Source of the DNA: a virus
Taxonomy: Duplodnaviria > Caudoviricetes
Virus record (IMG/VR): IMGVR_UViG_3300007640_000041
Location: 1 to 55,795 of that record
Length of the DNA: 55,795 nucleotides
Strand: one strand, 5' to 3'
Below the pieces are notes generated by a model. It was not told the DNA's origin. It saw nothing but the letters and a program-made list of their open reading frames with translations, and did not search any database. A program made the translations under genes and the position numbers. This document shows, in pieces, positions 46,006-54,797 of this stretch (the first letter of the stretch is position 1; each line of letters starts with the position of its first letter).

Positions 46006-47898
46006 TCATCGGACGGGGCATGCGCCTGTTTCACAATCTGAGATCTCGATGTCGTCCATGTTCAGGTGCTCCAACGAAGTAATCGGAGTAACCGACTCAG
46101 ACATTTCAAGCCACTTCTCGTGCGTGATCTCCTCCATCGGAGCCTGATCGAACCCGTGCTCGTTATGCAGCAAAAAGCTGACACTCTTTACGTTATCGTA
46201 GTTTACATCAAGCCAAGCTTTAATTTCTTCAAGCTCATGCTTTCTGTAATAAATGGTTACAGACACAGAGTTGTCTGACCATTCTGCCTGCAGGCGCTTG
46301 ATAACTTCGAGCTGATCGACAGCCGTCATGTCGTCAGCAAACGTGGTATTCTCTGGGAAACTGCAAGGGAAGCTCACAACAACTGTGGAGTGGTCTTCAG
46401 TCCCGTCGAAGTTACGTACGTACTCTACGTGATACCCATTGTCTCGGCACACCTTGACCAATTCGCTATCTGCAGCCATTCTAATTCTCCGAATGTAGTA
46501 CTGGCTGTATCCTGGATGTGCTCCTGGTGTAACGCCAGCAAGTAGAGACAGCGTTCCACTGGGCTTAACTGTCGTAAGCTTGATAGATGTTGGAAATCCG
46601 CAAATTCGAGAGTATTCTTGGTCATATGCTCTAAGGTGATTATACACGGATGGAAGCCAATTTCGCTGCTCTTCTGTCGCCTGAAGGTATCCAGTCACGC
46701 CGATACCCATTCGCATGTTTTTGTGAACGATATCTTCAGTTTCGGGAACAGCGCATTTGATCGCGAGACTATGTTTATTGATGCGGTATAGCAACGTAGC
46801 AACATCCTTGAGCTCTCTCTCCGACTCAATGTTCGGAAGGTAGATCTCCGCCAAGCAGCAGGTCTCAAATGGAGCAAGACTCTGCTCCGCACAGGGGTTG
46901 TACCCCATGACGTTTGGGTCTGGGTAATTAGTTTCACCTGTCCTTCCCATGCGGCGGGAAGCTGTGAGGTTGATGAGTCCATAAGGCTCTCCGTTTCCAT
47001 TGTATCCTTCCCAAAATTCTTCTGGGAGCGTGCTAACATCATCGCACGCCACGCTGTTGTTTGACATGGCTCTCCAGTTGGGGATACCTCCGAGGTCCCA
47101 CCGCTTTGCCCGCAAGTATTCGATGTCGTCATGGTCTCCGATTGCGATTTGTGCAGACCGACGGACGTTCCCAGCCACTACGATCTTACCGATAATGTTC
47201 ATGATGTCCAGACAGTCTACAGGCTTGAGTCTGTTTCCGCTGCGCTCGTTGAGGATGCGGTTTATTTCCTGCATTCCCCAGATCAAGTCGTTAGGGCCTG
47301 AGGCGGTTCCTCCAAAGCCTTTGATAGGTGATCCTGCGGGGCGCACGAGAGACGTGTCGTAGCTAAACCCTTGTCCAGTGAAGAAAGAGGCCTCCAGTAC
47401 GCGCTTCAGGAGCTCTGTCCAGCCCTCACGAGAGTCTGGAACAATGAAGTCTGCGCCAGCATCCTTAACGTGCTTGATGGTCACTTTCTTTTTAACCTTC
47501 GGAAGTTGATAAACATGCTCTCTTTGGATGTTGTAGCCGACTCCGCTTCCTAGCATAAGCATTTCGAACGCCCACGTGAATGGTCGGATTGGCTCATCTA
47601 CGACGACGAAAGCACAGTTCTGCAAAGATGGCAGGCCAAGCTTGTCCACCGTTTTGGTTCCAAGCTGCCACAGGAATCGCCCAGCAACGGTTCCCTTGAG
47701 TTGCATCATCATACGCTTGATGTCTTTCTGGTCGTGCTCGTTGAACTCGCACTTAAGTTGCTTATTGCACGCCTCGATGACGCGATCCACCGTCTCCTCC
47801 CATTCCTCCGTGCGGTCTTTAATGGGGCGCGCATAGGTACGCTTGTAAGTAGCGTAGCCGACCTCGCCCCAGGGTATAAACTCTGGGTTATAGTCCAT
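46006..47898 (-). CDS. nrdJ: Class II (B12-dependent) ribonucleotide reductase, monomeric type
   Basis: YKRTYAR, AGR.LW, LQNC, G.GVG, GNVRRSA, NPCAEQ, CCLAE, TVKPSGT; no NrdB partner. Confidence 0.9.
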   Translation of the reverse strand: MDYNPEFIPWGEVGYATYKRTYARPIKDRTEEWEETVDRVIEACNKQLKCEFNEHDQKDIKRMMMQLKGTVAGRFLWQLGTKTVDKLGLPSLQNCAFVVVDEPIRPFTWAFEMLMLGSGVGYNIQREHVYQLPKVKKKVTIKHVKDAGADFIVPDSREGWTELLKRVLEASFFTGQGFSYDTSLVRPAGSPIKGFGGTASGPNDLIWGMQEINRILNERSGNRLKPVDCLDIMNIIGKIVVAGNVRRSAQIAIGDHDDIEYLRAKRWDLGGIPNWRAMSNNSVACDDVSTLPEEFWEGYNGNGEPYGLINLTASRRMGRTGETNYPDPNVMGYNPCAEQSLAPFETCCLAEIYLPNIESERELKDVATLLYRINKHSLAIKCAVPETEDIVHKNMRMGIGVTGYLQATEEQRNWLPSVYNHLRAYDQEYSRICGFPTSIKLTTVKPSGTLSLLAGVTPGAHPGYSQYYIRRIRMAADSELVKVCRDNGYHVEYVRNFDGTEDHSTVVVSFPCSFPENTTFADDMTAVDQLEVIKRLQAEWSDNSVSVTIYYRKHELEEIKAWLDVNYDNVKSVSFLLHNEHGFDQAPMEEITHEKWLEMSESVTPITSLEHLNMDDIEISDCETGACPVR

Positions 47899-47941
47899 GT
47901 TTTAGGTTTTGAAAATTAAAAAAAGCGGACGACTAAGATAG

Positions 47942-48448
47942 TCAATATCTCTGATCGTACTCCCACACTCTGTAAGAAAGTAAAGACTTGAGATCGTGCA
48001 ACTTAAGTATGGTTATCACATCTTGTCTGTCCTTTCGAGTGTATTTTTTGAGGTAAGCATACCTCTTATCCGTCACAATTTCGTCAGCTACATGGGTCTC
48101 GCAAAAGAAAGCAAGCTCCTCGCGACTGACAATAGAAAACCCACCTTCCTCTGGCATGTCGAAGGCGATGATATCCGCGCCACCGTACATCCATCCTGGG
48201 TTTCCAGCTACGTTTTTAAACTCACACCATATCTCATCTGGCAAGTTGTTGCCCTTGACGTCTACTCCCCATCTCTTTGAGTTTTTGATGGCGAGCCAGT
48301 AATCAATGTGCTCGTGCCTGTCTTCGGTGTGAGTAGATTTTGTTACAAGCAGACCCTTGTTTCTGGCTGCTCTAACAAACCTAACCTCTGCGCACCTTCC
48401 AGTTGCGCTAGAGTAATTCTTTCGCTCAGTCGATAATTTCGAGGCCAT
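47942..48448 (-). CDS. PD-(D/E)XK-like nuclease-fold protein
   Basis: G..AE..F, EHIDYW, VDVK, W.EFKN..G.PGW. Confidence 0.55.
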   Translation of the reverse strand: MASKLSTERKNYSSATGRCAEVRFVRAARNKGLLVTKSTHTEDRHEHIDYWLAIKNSKRWGVDVKGNNLPDEIWCEFKNVAGNPGWMYGGADIIAFDMPEEGGFSIVSREELAFFCETHVADEIVTDKRYAYLKKYTRKDRQDVITILKLHDLKSLLSYRVWEYDQRY

Positions 48449-48659
48449 TAGCTTCAGCGTATTCTGTCGCCGCTGTCGCCAAAAGGTCAAGCTCGATGGA
48501 GAGTCTTCTCCTAAATCCCTGTATTAGATTGTACACTGCCCCTGAATCTTCCTTCGCTACCCCCGCATTTGTGTGCAAACTTTCATACAGGATCGTAGCT
48601 TCCTCGTGGATGTTGCCGCAAGCAAGTTCGTAAACCCTTGAAAGTTGTTCGTTCGTCAT
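48426..48659 (-). CDS. Hypothetical protein
   Basis: 77 aa, coupled within operon. Confidence 0.65.
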   Translation of the reverse strand: MTNEQLSRVYELACGNIHEEATILYESLHTNAGVAKEDSGAVYNLIQGFRRRLSIELDLLATAATEYAEANGLEIID

Positions 48660-49099
48660 TTTAACTTCTTTATTTCTTCGATAGCATGTTCGACTTGCTG
48701 TCGGTTCTTCACCAAAAATAAGGCGGGAGGGTTACCTGTGCAAGTTTCAAGTAGATGTTTCATAAATAATTTCCATCTCATGGGGAAATCGTGGTGAGAC
48801 GGTAGGTATCCTTTCACTTCAATCACCCATGAAAGGTCTGGAGCGCAGAAGTCTGGTGTATACTTTATGGGCAAAACAACCGAATTGCTTCTGTCTCTCA
48901 GATCCTTTCCCTTGGGTGTCATTTTGAAATACGGTCCCTCGTATCGGAACGAGTCCATGACATAGAACTCCTCTTCCTCATAGGTAAACTTTACGCCCGC
49001 GTCAGATAGAAGATCAGCTGTCGTTTTCTCAAGACTCGATTTGTACCGACCTAGCGTTGATTTACGCTTACGCGTTGTCGTTTTCTTTCGCTTCCTCAC
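48656..49099 (-). CDS. Endonuclease I-like Holliday junction resolvase
   Basis: YKSSLE, F.YE, YTPDF, IEVKG. Confidence 0.8.
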   Translation of the reverse strand: MRKRKKTTTRKRKSTLGRYKSSLEKTTADLLSDAGVKFTYEEEEFYVMDSFRYEGPYFKMTPKGKDLRDRSNSVVLPIKYTPDFCAPDLSWVIEVKGYLPSHHDFPMRWKLFMKHLLETCTGNPPALFLVKNRQQVEHAIEEIKKLK

Positions 49100-49103
49100 G
49101 AGG

Positions 49104-49111
49104 CGAAGTTA
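49104..49111 (-). promoter_or_regulatory. Promoter core variant TAACTTCG
   Basis: One mismatch to TAnnTTTG; 4 nt before GTG start. Confidence 0.5.
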
Positions 49112-49115
49112 CAGC

Positions 49116-50927
49116 TTATTTTCCTAAAAAATCATTGTTTGGCGAAAAGTTGAACTTACCTGTCTTAGGTTCTTGTATTTCAATCGGTTGGAACAGCGGT
49201 TTGTGGTCGTGCCACTTGTTAAATCCAGTGTGCCCAAGATTCATTGTCAGCCGATATGGAGAGTCTAGAGGTGTAGGGGAGCCGCCTGTCTCTACTTCAC
49301 GGACTTTCCTAATGTGAATCTCGCTCATCTTTTTGATGCTTGGGTCTGGCGCCTGGACTTTTCGGTGGATGGTAACAAAGCAGTCTGCTCTGTTTACGAA
49401 CTTACCGCCGCCCTCTGTGTCTTCAGCGTATGGTGCGATAGGTAGGTCGTCATCACCCTTGCGCCGTTGGGCCTCGGTCACAGCGTGCATGTTAAGCCAT
49501 ACCGCTACGTTGTTTGCCTTGCTGAACGTCAAGAACTCGCTTGCAGCTTCGTAGTGGTAATCATGTACTCCGATGTTTGAGTTCCTCATGTCCAGCTTCA
49601 GGCTGTTGTACGGATCGACAAAGATTGCGTCTATCTTTTGCTGCCGCATCACTTTCTCCATGAAAAGAATTATATCTGCGTAGCTGTACACCTGATTGTT
49701 GCTGATGATTGTAAAGTGTTCTTGCACCCATTTGTAAGCTTGTTTGCGTTCTGAATAAGACATGTCGGCCACCTTGCGTCCCACAGCAAATTGCATGAGG
49801 GTCATCTTGACCGAGGCGGTTCTGTTCTCTGACGAGTACAACACCCACTTCCAGTCGTGTCGGATGGCTGAGTTTACGATAAGATACAACGCTGTGGTCG
49901 TCTTACCAACGTTAGAGTGTCCGTTTATGATTACAAACTCCTTCTTGTATCTGAAGTTCTCGTCAAACACGGGGTCCCCAGTGGAGAGACCGATTTCAAT
50001 CTTGCCGTTTGCAAAGTCGTCGATCCACCGCCAGTCCTCGTCGTCGGAAGAGATGAAGGACATATCTCCGTCATTGAGCATAAGCTCCCTCTGAGCATCC
50101 TTTTCCTCCGACACAAGCTCCTTGATCGGCATCACGCGCCCCATCTCGATGCCGTCTCGGATGGTTTGCTTGGCCTGAGACTCGGAGTCGATGTCTCGCT
50201 TTGCGATTTCTCGGAACAGAATACGAGCAACCTCGTCTTCTTCCATGCGTCCCGCAGCGATAAACCCACCACAAAGCTTTGCCGCCCTGATAAGAGCGCT
50301 GTGCTTTTCCCCGTCTTGCGCATTCCGAATCATTCGGCACGCAAGATTGAGCTTCATATAGTCTGTGTAGTCGTAGGCCTCGTTCGTTGGGACCTGCGCT
50401 TCTGCGTGTTCTGTTGTAAAGGCACCGAATCTCTTGTACTCATCCTTTACGATGATGTCTGGGTCGTAGGACTCAAAGCACGCACGAGACTCGTTGATAC
50501 CAGACTCGTCAAGCTCAAGGCCGTGAGTTCGCTCAAAGTACTTGACTAGCGCTCGGAAGTGGTCCCTGTGCCGCTCTGGATTCGTGATTCGTACAAGCGC
50601 CTTGACCCCCGCTCCACTAGGAGACGTCCAGCACGAGTGAATAAAATCATCCGTGGCAAGAGCCCTTTTGGTCGCATCAACATCCACGTGATCAAAATCG
50701 AGTACCATGAAGCCGCTATGTTCGAATAGCGCCTCGTCAGCTCTAGACGAAAACTCCCCGCTGAAACAAACAACAGGGAGCTCCTTTTTCTTTTCTTTAT
50801 TTCCTGCTCGGACATCAGATACCAGAGTACTCGACTTCCCATTCTTGATCCGATCCAACGCTTGTTGTAGCGGTATGTGATGCGGGTTTGTTTTGTCGAA
50901 TACGTTTTTGAATATCGTTACTCTCAT
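49116..50927 (-). CDS. Primase-helicase (BT4734/VirE-N-like primase domain plus RecA/DnaB-like helicase)
   Basis: KKELP...SGEF, LDFDH, SPSG.GVK, RACFES.DP; Walker A GHSNVGKTT; Walker B IFVDPYN; KVR. Confidence 0.85.
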   Translation of the reverse strand: MRVTIFKNVFDKTNPHHIPLQQALDRIKNGKSSTLVSDVRAGNKEKKKELPVVCFSGEFSSRADEALFEHSGFMVLDFDHVDVDATKRALATDDFIHSCWTSPSGAGVKALVRITNPERHRDHFRALVKYFERTHGLELDESGINESRACFESYDPDIIVKDEYKRFGAFTTEHAEAQVPTNEAYDYTDYMKLNLACRMIRNAQDGEKHSALIRAAKLCGGFIAAGRMEEDEVARILFREIAKRDIDSESQAKQTIRDGIEMGRVMPIKELVSEEKDAQRELMLNDGDMSFISSDDEDWRWIDDFANGKIEIGLSTGDPVFDENFRYKKEFVIINGHSNVGKTTTALYLIVNSAIRHDWKWVLYSSENRTASVKMTLMQFAVGRKVADMSYSERKQAYKWVQEHFTIISNNQVYSYADIILFMEKVMRQQKIDAIFVDPYNSLKLDMRNSNIGVHDYHYEAASEFLTFSKANNVAVWLNMHAVTEAQRRKGDDDLPIAPYAEDTEGGGKFVNRADCFVTIHRKVQAPDPSIKKMSEIHIRKVREVETGGSPTPLDSPYRLTMNLGHTGFNKWHDHKPLFQPIEIQEPKTGKFNFSPNNDFLGK

Positions 50928-51180
50928 TGTCTTTTGCAATCATAAGGAGGATTAGGTAACCTGCGAGGTCTTGCAACGTATCCTCCGTTGCGTCCACGAG
51001 ACCCGCGTTCTTGATACGCTTGAGCTTATCGTCGATTCGAACCTTGATGCCAGTGACAGCGTTTGCTGGAGAAAAGACATTCATTGGTTCTAACGCCGCG
51101 TCGCCGTACTTCTCGTTTTTGTAGAGAAGAAGCTCTTCAAGCTGTTTACATTTTGATTTGATTTTGTCTCTTGTGTTCAT
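50815..51180 (-). CDS. DUF1599-like (nucleotide-modification-associated) protein
   Basis: KN.KYGD, RIDDKLKRI, EDTLQDLAGY. Confidence 0.7.
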   Translation of the reverse strand: MNTRDKIKSKCKQLEELLLYKNEKYGDAALEPMNVFSPANAVTGIKVRIDDKLKRIKNAGLVDATEDTLQDLAGYLILLMIAKDNESNDIQKRIRQNKPASHTATTSVGSDQEWEVEYSGI

Positions 51181-51484
51181 CTCTTGAGAGTGTAGAATGT
51201 GAGATAAGCTTCTTGTCGATAATCTCCCGAATGATAATATGCTTCTCTGATTTGGCATTCTTTCCGTACAACTCTACTTCGAGTCTGTGCATCGTGTGCG
51301 CATCGTAGTTGCGTATGTCGTTCGGATTATCGAATACGGACACTATCCACACGACACGCTCGTGTACAACCTTCCGTTTCTTGAAGGCGACACGAGCGGT
51401 CATGTAGTAGATAGGAGCCTTAGAACGGGATGTCTTCAACTTCTTCTTGCTGCTTTTCTGCGCGACGCTCTTTCGTCTTTGCAT
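51146..51484 (-). CDS. Hypothetical protein (start may be 51403)
   Basis: Fills gap between SSB and DUF1599-like genes. Confidence 0.55.
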   Translation of the reverse strand: MQRRKSVAQKSSKKKLKTSRSKAPIYYMTARVAFKKRKVVHERVVWIVSVFDNPNDIRNYDAHTMHRLEVELYGKNAKSEKHIIIREIIDKKLISHSTLSRDEHKRQNQIKM

Positions 51485-51713
51485 TTGCAGGATCCCACAC
51501 AGAACAGCAAGGCTTACCGCTCTTGGACATGAAGAGCTTCAGACGGACGTTCCCGCCTTGACCGTTTTCATCGACAGGCGTCGAATACTTCTGAATCATC
51601 TCCTCAAGTTCGGAGACTTTGAACTTAACTGACCAGCTAGAGAGTTGCTCCTCGTAGTAGCGTGGTTCTTCTACCCATCCACACAGGACGGAATCATACT
51701 GCTTATCGCTCAT
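51420..51713 (-). CDS. Probable single-stranded DNA-binding protein
   Basis: 97 aa beta-rich with acidic tail EEVEDIPF; in recombination operon. Confidence 0.6.
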   Translation of the reverse strand: MSDKQYDSVLCGWVEEPRYYEEQLSSWSVKFKVSELEEMIQKYSTPVDENGQGGNVRLKLFMSKSGKPCCSVWDPANAKTKERRAEKQQEEVEDIPF

Positions 51714-51829
51714 GGCAAATAATTAATTAAAAGGGTTGAAATTTTGAGAGTTGTAACAATGAGTAATAACCCCGCAAAGAACGGGATGGTTACCTGAATA
51801 GGAAAGTAGTTAGACAATAAATTCCGCAT
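51710..51829 (-). CDS. Small hydrophobic protein (39 aa)
   Basis: Hand-translated MRNLLSNYFPIQVTIPFFAGLLLIVTTLKISTLLINYLP*; ATGA-coupled to SSB. Confidence 0.45.
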   Translation of the reverse strand: MRNLLSNYFPIQVTIPFFAGLLLIVTTLKISTLLINYLP

Positions 51830-52574
51830 AGTGCGTATCTGTTTTTCGACCACCACTCAGCCAAGCTTGGATGTTCTCAAGGGCCTCGTGGAACTTCATC
51901 TCGCCCTTAAACAAAGTTTCTTCTGAGCACTTGACGTCTGCAGGAAAGAAAGGGTAGGCTTTCTCCTGAACAACCCAGTAGAAATCTGGGATGTCGAACA
52001 CCTTAGTGTAGACATATGCTTGGATGTCGTAGCTAAAGCTATTTACGTCGTACCTAAACTTGCTGATTGAACGAGAAGACTTGGAATCGATGATGCAGTC
52101 GTCCTGCAGGCAGTCGAGGAATCCTTTGAGAGGGACTCCGTTGTAGTCTACATTGAACTCCACCTGATACTTGCCTCCTGCAAAACGCTTGTCGTACAGG
52201 CCACAATCTTTTAAGCGCTGAATCATCTTTTGAGCATTTTCCCAATCTTCACGAGATGCAATCTCTTTGTCTTGGTTTTTTTCTGCCCACTCAGCCTTCC
52301 ACTCCCTGTATCGCTTGGTGCTACGAGGGTACTTGCCCCCAATTTCTGCAACGATAGCTGCATCGTCGAGTATGACATATGTGGAGTGTGCTTTTTCTGG
52401 CTCGAAAAGCATCATATCGTACATGGTTCCGAACGTAAGAGCATCGGATTCTTTCTTGAGTTGGCCACGCATGTACATCTCCCAGAGTTTCATGTCTCCG
52501 AGCGCGTACTTTAGAGAGGAGTAGGAGAGGTGGGGCTTGCCCACCATCTCCTGTAGCTGATCTCGCATGGTCAT
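51810..52574 (-). CDS. RecE/ExoVIII-like PD-(D/E)XK exonuclease
   Basis: LSYSSLK, ALTFGT, KGFLD, IIDSKS, YDIQAYVY, EK.YP. Confidence 0.75.
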   Translation of the reverse strand: MTMRDQLQEMVGKPHLSYSSLKYALGDMKLWEMYMRGQLKKESDALTFGTMYDMMLFEPEKAHSTYVILDDAAIVAEIGGKYPRSTKRYREWKAEWAEKNQDKEIASREDWENAQKMIQRLKDCGLYDKRFAGGKYQVEFNVDYNGVPLKGFLDCLQDDCIIDSKSSRSISKFRYDVNSFSYDIQAYVYTKVFDIPDFYWVVQEKAYPFFPADVKCSEETLFKGEMKFHEALENIQAWLSGGRKTDTHYAEFIV

Positions 52575-52660
52575 TTGCGTGTGTCTTTGCGTTCTATATA
52601 GTACGCCGCGCACAGAGCAAGGCCAATGATGCTAAGCGTAAACACGATTGCGAACTTCAT
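52571..52660 (-). CDS. Small membrane protein (29 aa)
   Basis: Hand-translated MKFAIVFTLSIIGLALCAAYYIERKDTRK*; ATGA overlaps at both ends. Confidence 0.6.
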   Translation of the reverse strand: MKFAIVFTLSIIGLALCAAYYIERKDTRK

Positions 52661-53211
52661 CGCACGAACTTCTGGAGGCCTGCAACCTGCTTCTCAGTAA
52701 GCTGAGTGCCATACTTCTTGGTAATGGCCTCGAAAGCTTTCTTCTTGTCGGTTTGACCCTTGATGTAAGCAACGGCTTTGTCCATGATGTTCTCTACTGG
52801 AGCGTCGAGAGCCTTGGAAAGCTTCTGCACTTGAGGGTTGTCAATCATGGCCTGTTGCTTGGCGATAGCCTCCTCAACCTCGTTGGCAGACGCGATAGAG
52901 GTGTCGATGCCGATGCCGAGCATAGCGAGGGCACGACCTACGGCTGACGTCTCGCAGTTCTCTACATACGAGGTTTTGTTAATGTTGGAAGACGACTTTT
53001 CCTCGTGGGCATGGCCTTGAGCTACGATGTTGCCGTCAGGCGTAGTGATAGTACACAGGCACAGGCACTGCTCTGAGTCGATAATCGGGAACTCCGTGCG
53101 GATGCCCCAGTTTTTGTACTGCTCTTCTTGGCGGAAGAACTTGATGCGTTCGTTGACTTCAACGTACTGCTTGCCACGGATGTTCGTGGTCTTGAACTGA
53201 TAGTTCGACAT
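52657..53211 (-). CDS. Rad52/Sak-like single-strand annealing protein
   Basis: KQYVEVNERI..F, GHA.E, ENCETSAVGRAL..LGIG; adjacent to exonuclease and SSB. Confidence 0.7.
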   Translation of the reverse strand: MSNYQFKTTNIRGKQYVEVNERIKFFRQEEQYKNWGIRTEFPIIDSEQCLCLCTITTPDGNIVAQGHAHEEKSSSNINKTSYVENCETSAVGRALAMLGIGIDTSIASANEVEEAIAKQQAMIDNPQVQKLSKALDAPVENIMDKAVAYIKGQTDKKKAFEAITKKYGTQLTEKQVAGLQKFVR

Positions 53212-53243
53212 GAAAATGAATTAAAGTGTTATCAACTTATGTG

Positions 53244-53251
53244 CAAATTTA
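53244..53251 (-). promoter_or_regulatory. Promoter core TAAATTTG
   Basis: TAnnTTTG(C) overlapping the upstream stop codon, ahead of the recombination operon. Confidence 0.6.
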
Positions 53252-53686
53252 CAACGGAGCTGCTTTGTATCCAAGCTTAAGCTCAAGTTTTTTCTCAAAA
53301 ACCTGCAAGTTCCTGATTGTCTTTCGGATAACAAGCAGTTCGTGGTGTAGGTTTCTTGCGCTACCATACCGAATAATTGGTTCAATTTTTAGCTTTTCCG
53401 CCATCTCGTTGGTTACCTCTAGCGCCTCGTTGTATTTCTGGGTATAGCTTGGAAAAGAGTTAATGTAAACTTCGTGCTCTTTTACATAGTACACGACAGT
53501 GCTGTGGTCTTTCTTGAGTACCTCTCCGATGTTTGATCTGGTTGTATACGGGGCCCATGCATTTGCCAAGGCGACTCTGTCTTGGACGTAGTTGTTCAGA
53601 CGAGAGTTGTCGTCAATTTCATACCCGATGCGCCGCTCGTATTCTTTGCGTGCGTCACGAAGCATTTGGTTTATGTGTGTAATCAT
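53249..53686 (-). CDS. HTH protein resembling DnaA domain IV
   Basis: IGEVLKKDHSTVVY resembles IG..F.RDHTTV; probable start MITHIN overlaps upstream stop. Confidence 0.6.
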   Translation of the reverse strand: MITHINQMLRDARKEYERRIGYEIDDNSRLNNYVQDRVALANAWAPYTTRSNIGEVLKKDHSTVVYYVKEHEVYINSFPSYTQKYNEALEVTNEMAEKLKIEPIIRYGSARNLHHELLVIRKTIRNLQVFEKKLELKLGYKAAPL

Positions 53687-54075
53687 TCTTCTAAATAGTA
53701 TTGGTGTTCGGCTTCTGATTTCATTTCGAAGTACTTGAGCAACGAATTCCAGACGTCTATCATGCCTTTTTGAAAGCCGCGCATGGCTTCTTTTGGCTCG
53801 CATAGCTTGTCGTTTTTGCGAATTTCGAGATATTCTAAAAGGTCTTCTTGGTCTTGAAGAAAGCTAAATTCATCTACAAGGTCGTCGCTTACGGCACGCA
53901 CGGTCTCGATGTACGATTTTATAACGCGCTCTGGTGTCATACGGAGCCATCCCTGAAAGCCGAACTCGTCAATATCGCACTTTATCATGCCAAGCGTTGA
54001 TTTAGCGCAGTTGTTTTGTTCGTCAATTAGTGTTTGTTCAATCCAATCAACGATTGCTTGTTCCTGATTTGTCAT
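53683..54075 (-). CDS. Hypothetical protein
   Basis: 130-aa ORF in operon. Confidence 0.7.
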   Translation of the reverse strand: MTNQEQAIVDWIEQTLIDEQNNCAKSTLGMIKCDIDEFGFQGWLRMTPERVIKSYIETVRAVSDDLVDEFSFLQDQEDLLEYLEIRKNDKLCEPKEAMRGFQKGMIDVWNSLLKYFEMKSEAEHQYYLEE

Positions 54076-54193
54076 TTTTTGCTTGTGCTTGTTTCCATTT
54101 TTTGATTTCTCGCTCCATTAGCCGTCGTCGAGCTCGTGCATTCATCGGCTCGGTGGCAAGATTTCTAAGAAACCGCTTAGTTGACTCGTCCAT
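54047..54193 (-). CDS. Small hypothetical protein (48 aa)
   Basis: Hand-translated MDESTKRFLRNLATEPMNARARRRLMEREIKKWK...; fills gap. Confidence 0.5.
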   Translation of the reverse strand: MDESTKRFLRNLATEPMNARARRRLMEREIKKWKQAQAKNDKSGTSNR

Positions 54194-54584
54194 AGATGGC
54201 TCTGCTATTCGTAAACATCTTCTTCAGGTCTTTGTCGTCAACATTTGTTTGACGCTTTGTAAACCAATGCCTGTGTTTACGAGGGTTGTACTTGTATTTA
54301 TCCATGTTTTTGATGTCTGGCGGCGTAAACTTTGGGTCTTTCTTGTAGTGTACGTCGATCATGTCGCAGTCTATCCACGCACAAACCGTTTTTGCTTGTC
54401 CAAGCATGATTTTCATCGCAGTATTTGGGTTGTTGCGAAGAGTGCAGTTTGTGAGCTCAAGAGAGCAAGTAGCAGGAGAGTAATATTCTACCGCACCTGC
54501 ACTATGGAAGTCCTTTACCTGCCAGTGCATATAGTATGGGCCGCCGCCCAAGTGAAATCTAACTTTAAATCGTTTGCGCTTCAT
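54177..54584 (-). CDS. Hypothetical protein
   Basis: 135 aa, VRFHLG.G..YMHWQVK, YNPRK. Confidence 0.7.
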   Translation of the reverse strand: MKRKRFKVRFHLGGGPYYMHWQVKDFHSAGAVEYYSPATCSLELTNCTLRNNPNTAMKIMLGQAKTVCAWIDCDMIDVHYKKDPKFTPPDIKNMDKYKYNPRKHRHWFTKRQTNVDDKDLKKMFTNSRAIYGRVN

Positions 54585-54632
54585 TACATAAGTTTTGTGA
54601 GTAAATACAGGCCAATCGCAATGGGTGACACA

Positions 54633-54797
54633 TCAATAATCAGGATGCTTATTGCGAGATGCCAATTTTTGCTTTGCTTCATAATCTAAAATCATACACT
54701 CTACGATTGTCTTGTTGGTCCAAGACGGGTCACGCTCGTACTTGTCGAGCGCAACCTCAATCTTGTTCCACTGATTTTCAAACCACTCGTCGGTCAC
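54633..54797 (-). CDS. Small hypothetical protein (54 aa, GTG start)
   Basis: Hand-translated MTDEWFENQWNKIEVALDKYERDPSW...; GTGA overlap with upstream stop. Confidence 0.5.
   Translation of the reverse strand: MTDEWFENQWNKIEVALDKYERDPSWTNKTIVECMILDYEAKQKLASRNKHPDY

Noticed and set aside
54030-54689. 219-aa + strand ORF
   Set aside because: Antisense to a tightly coupled set of - strand genes
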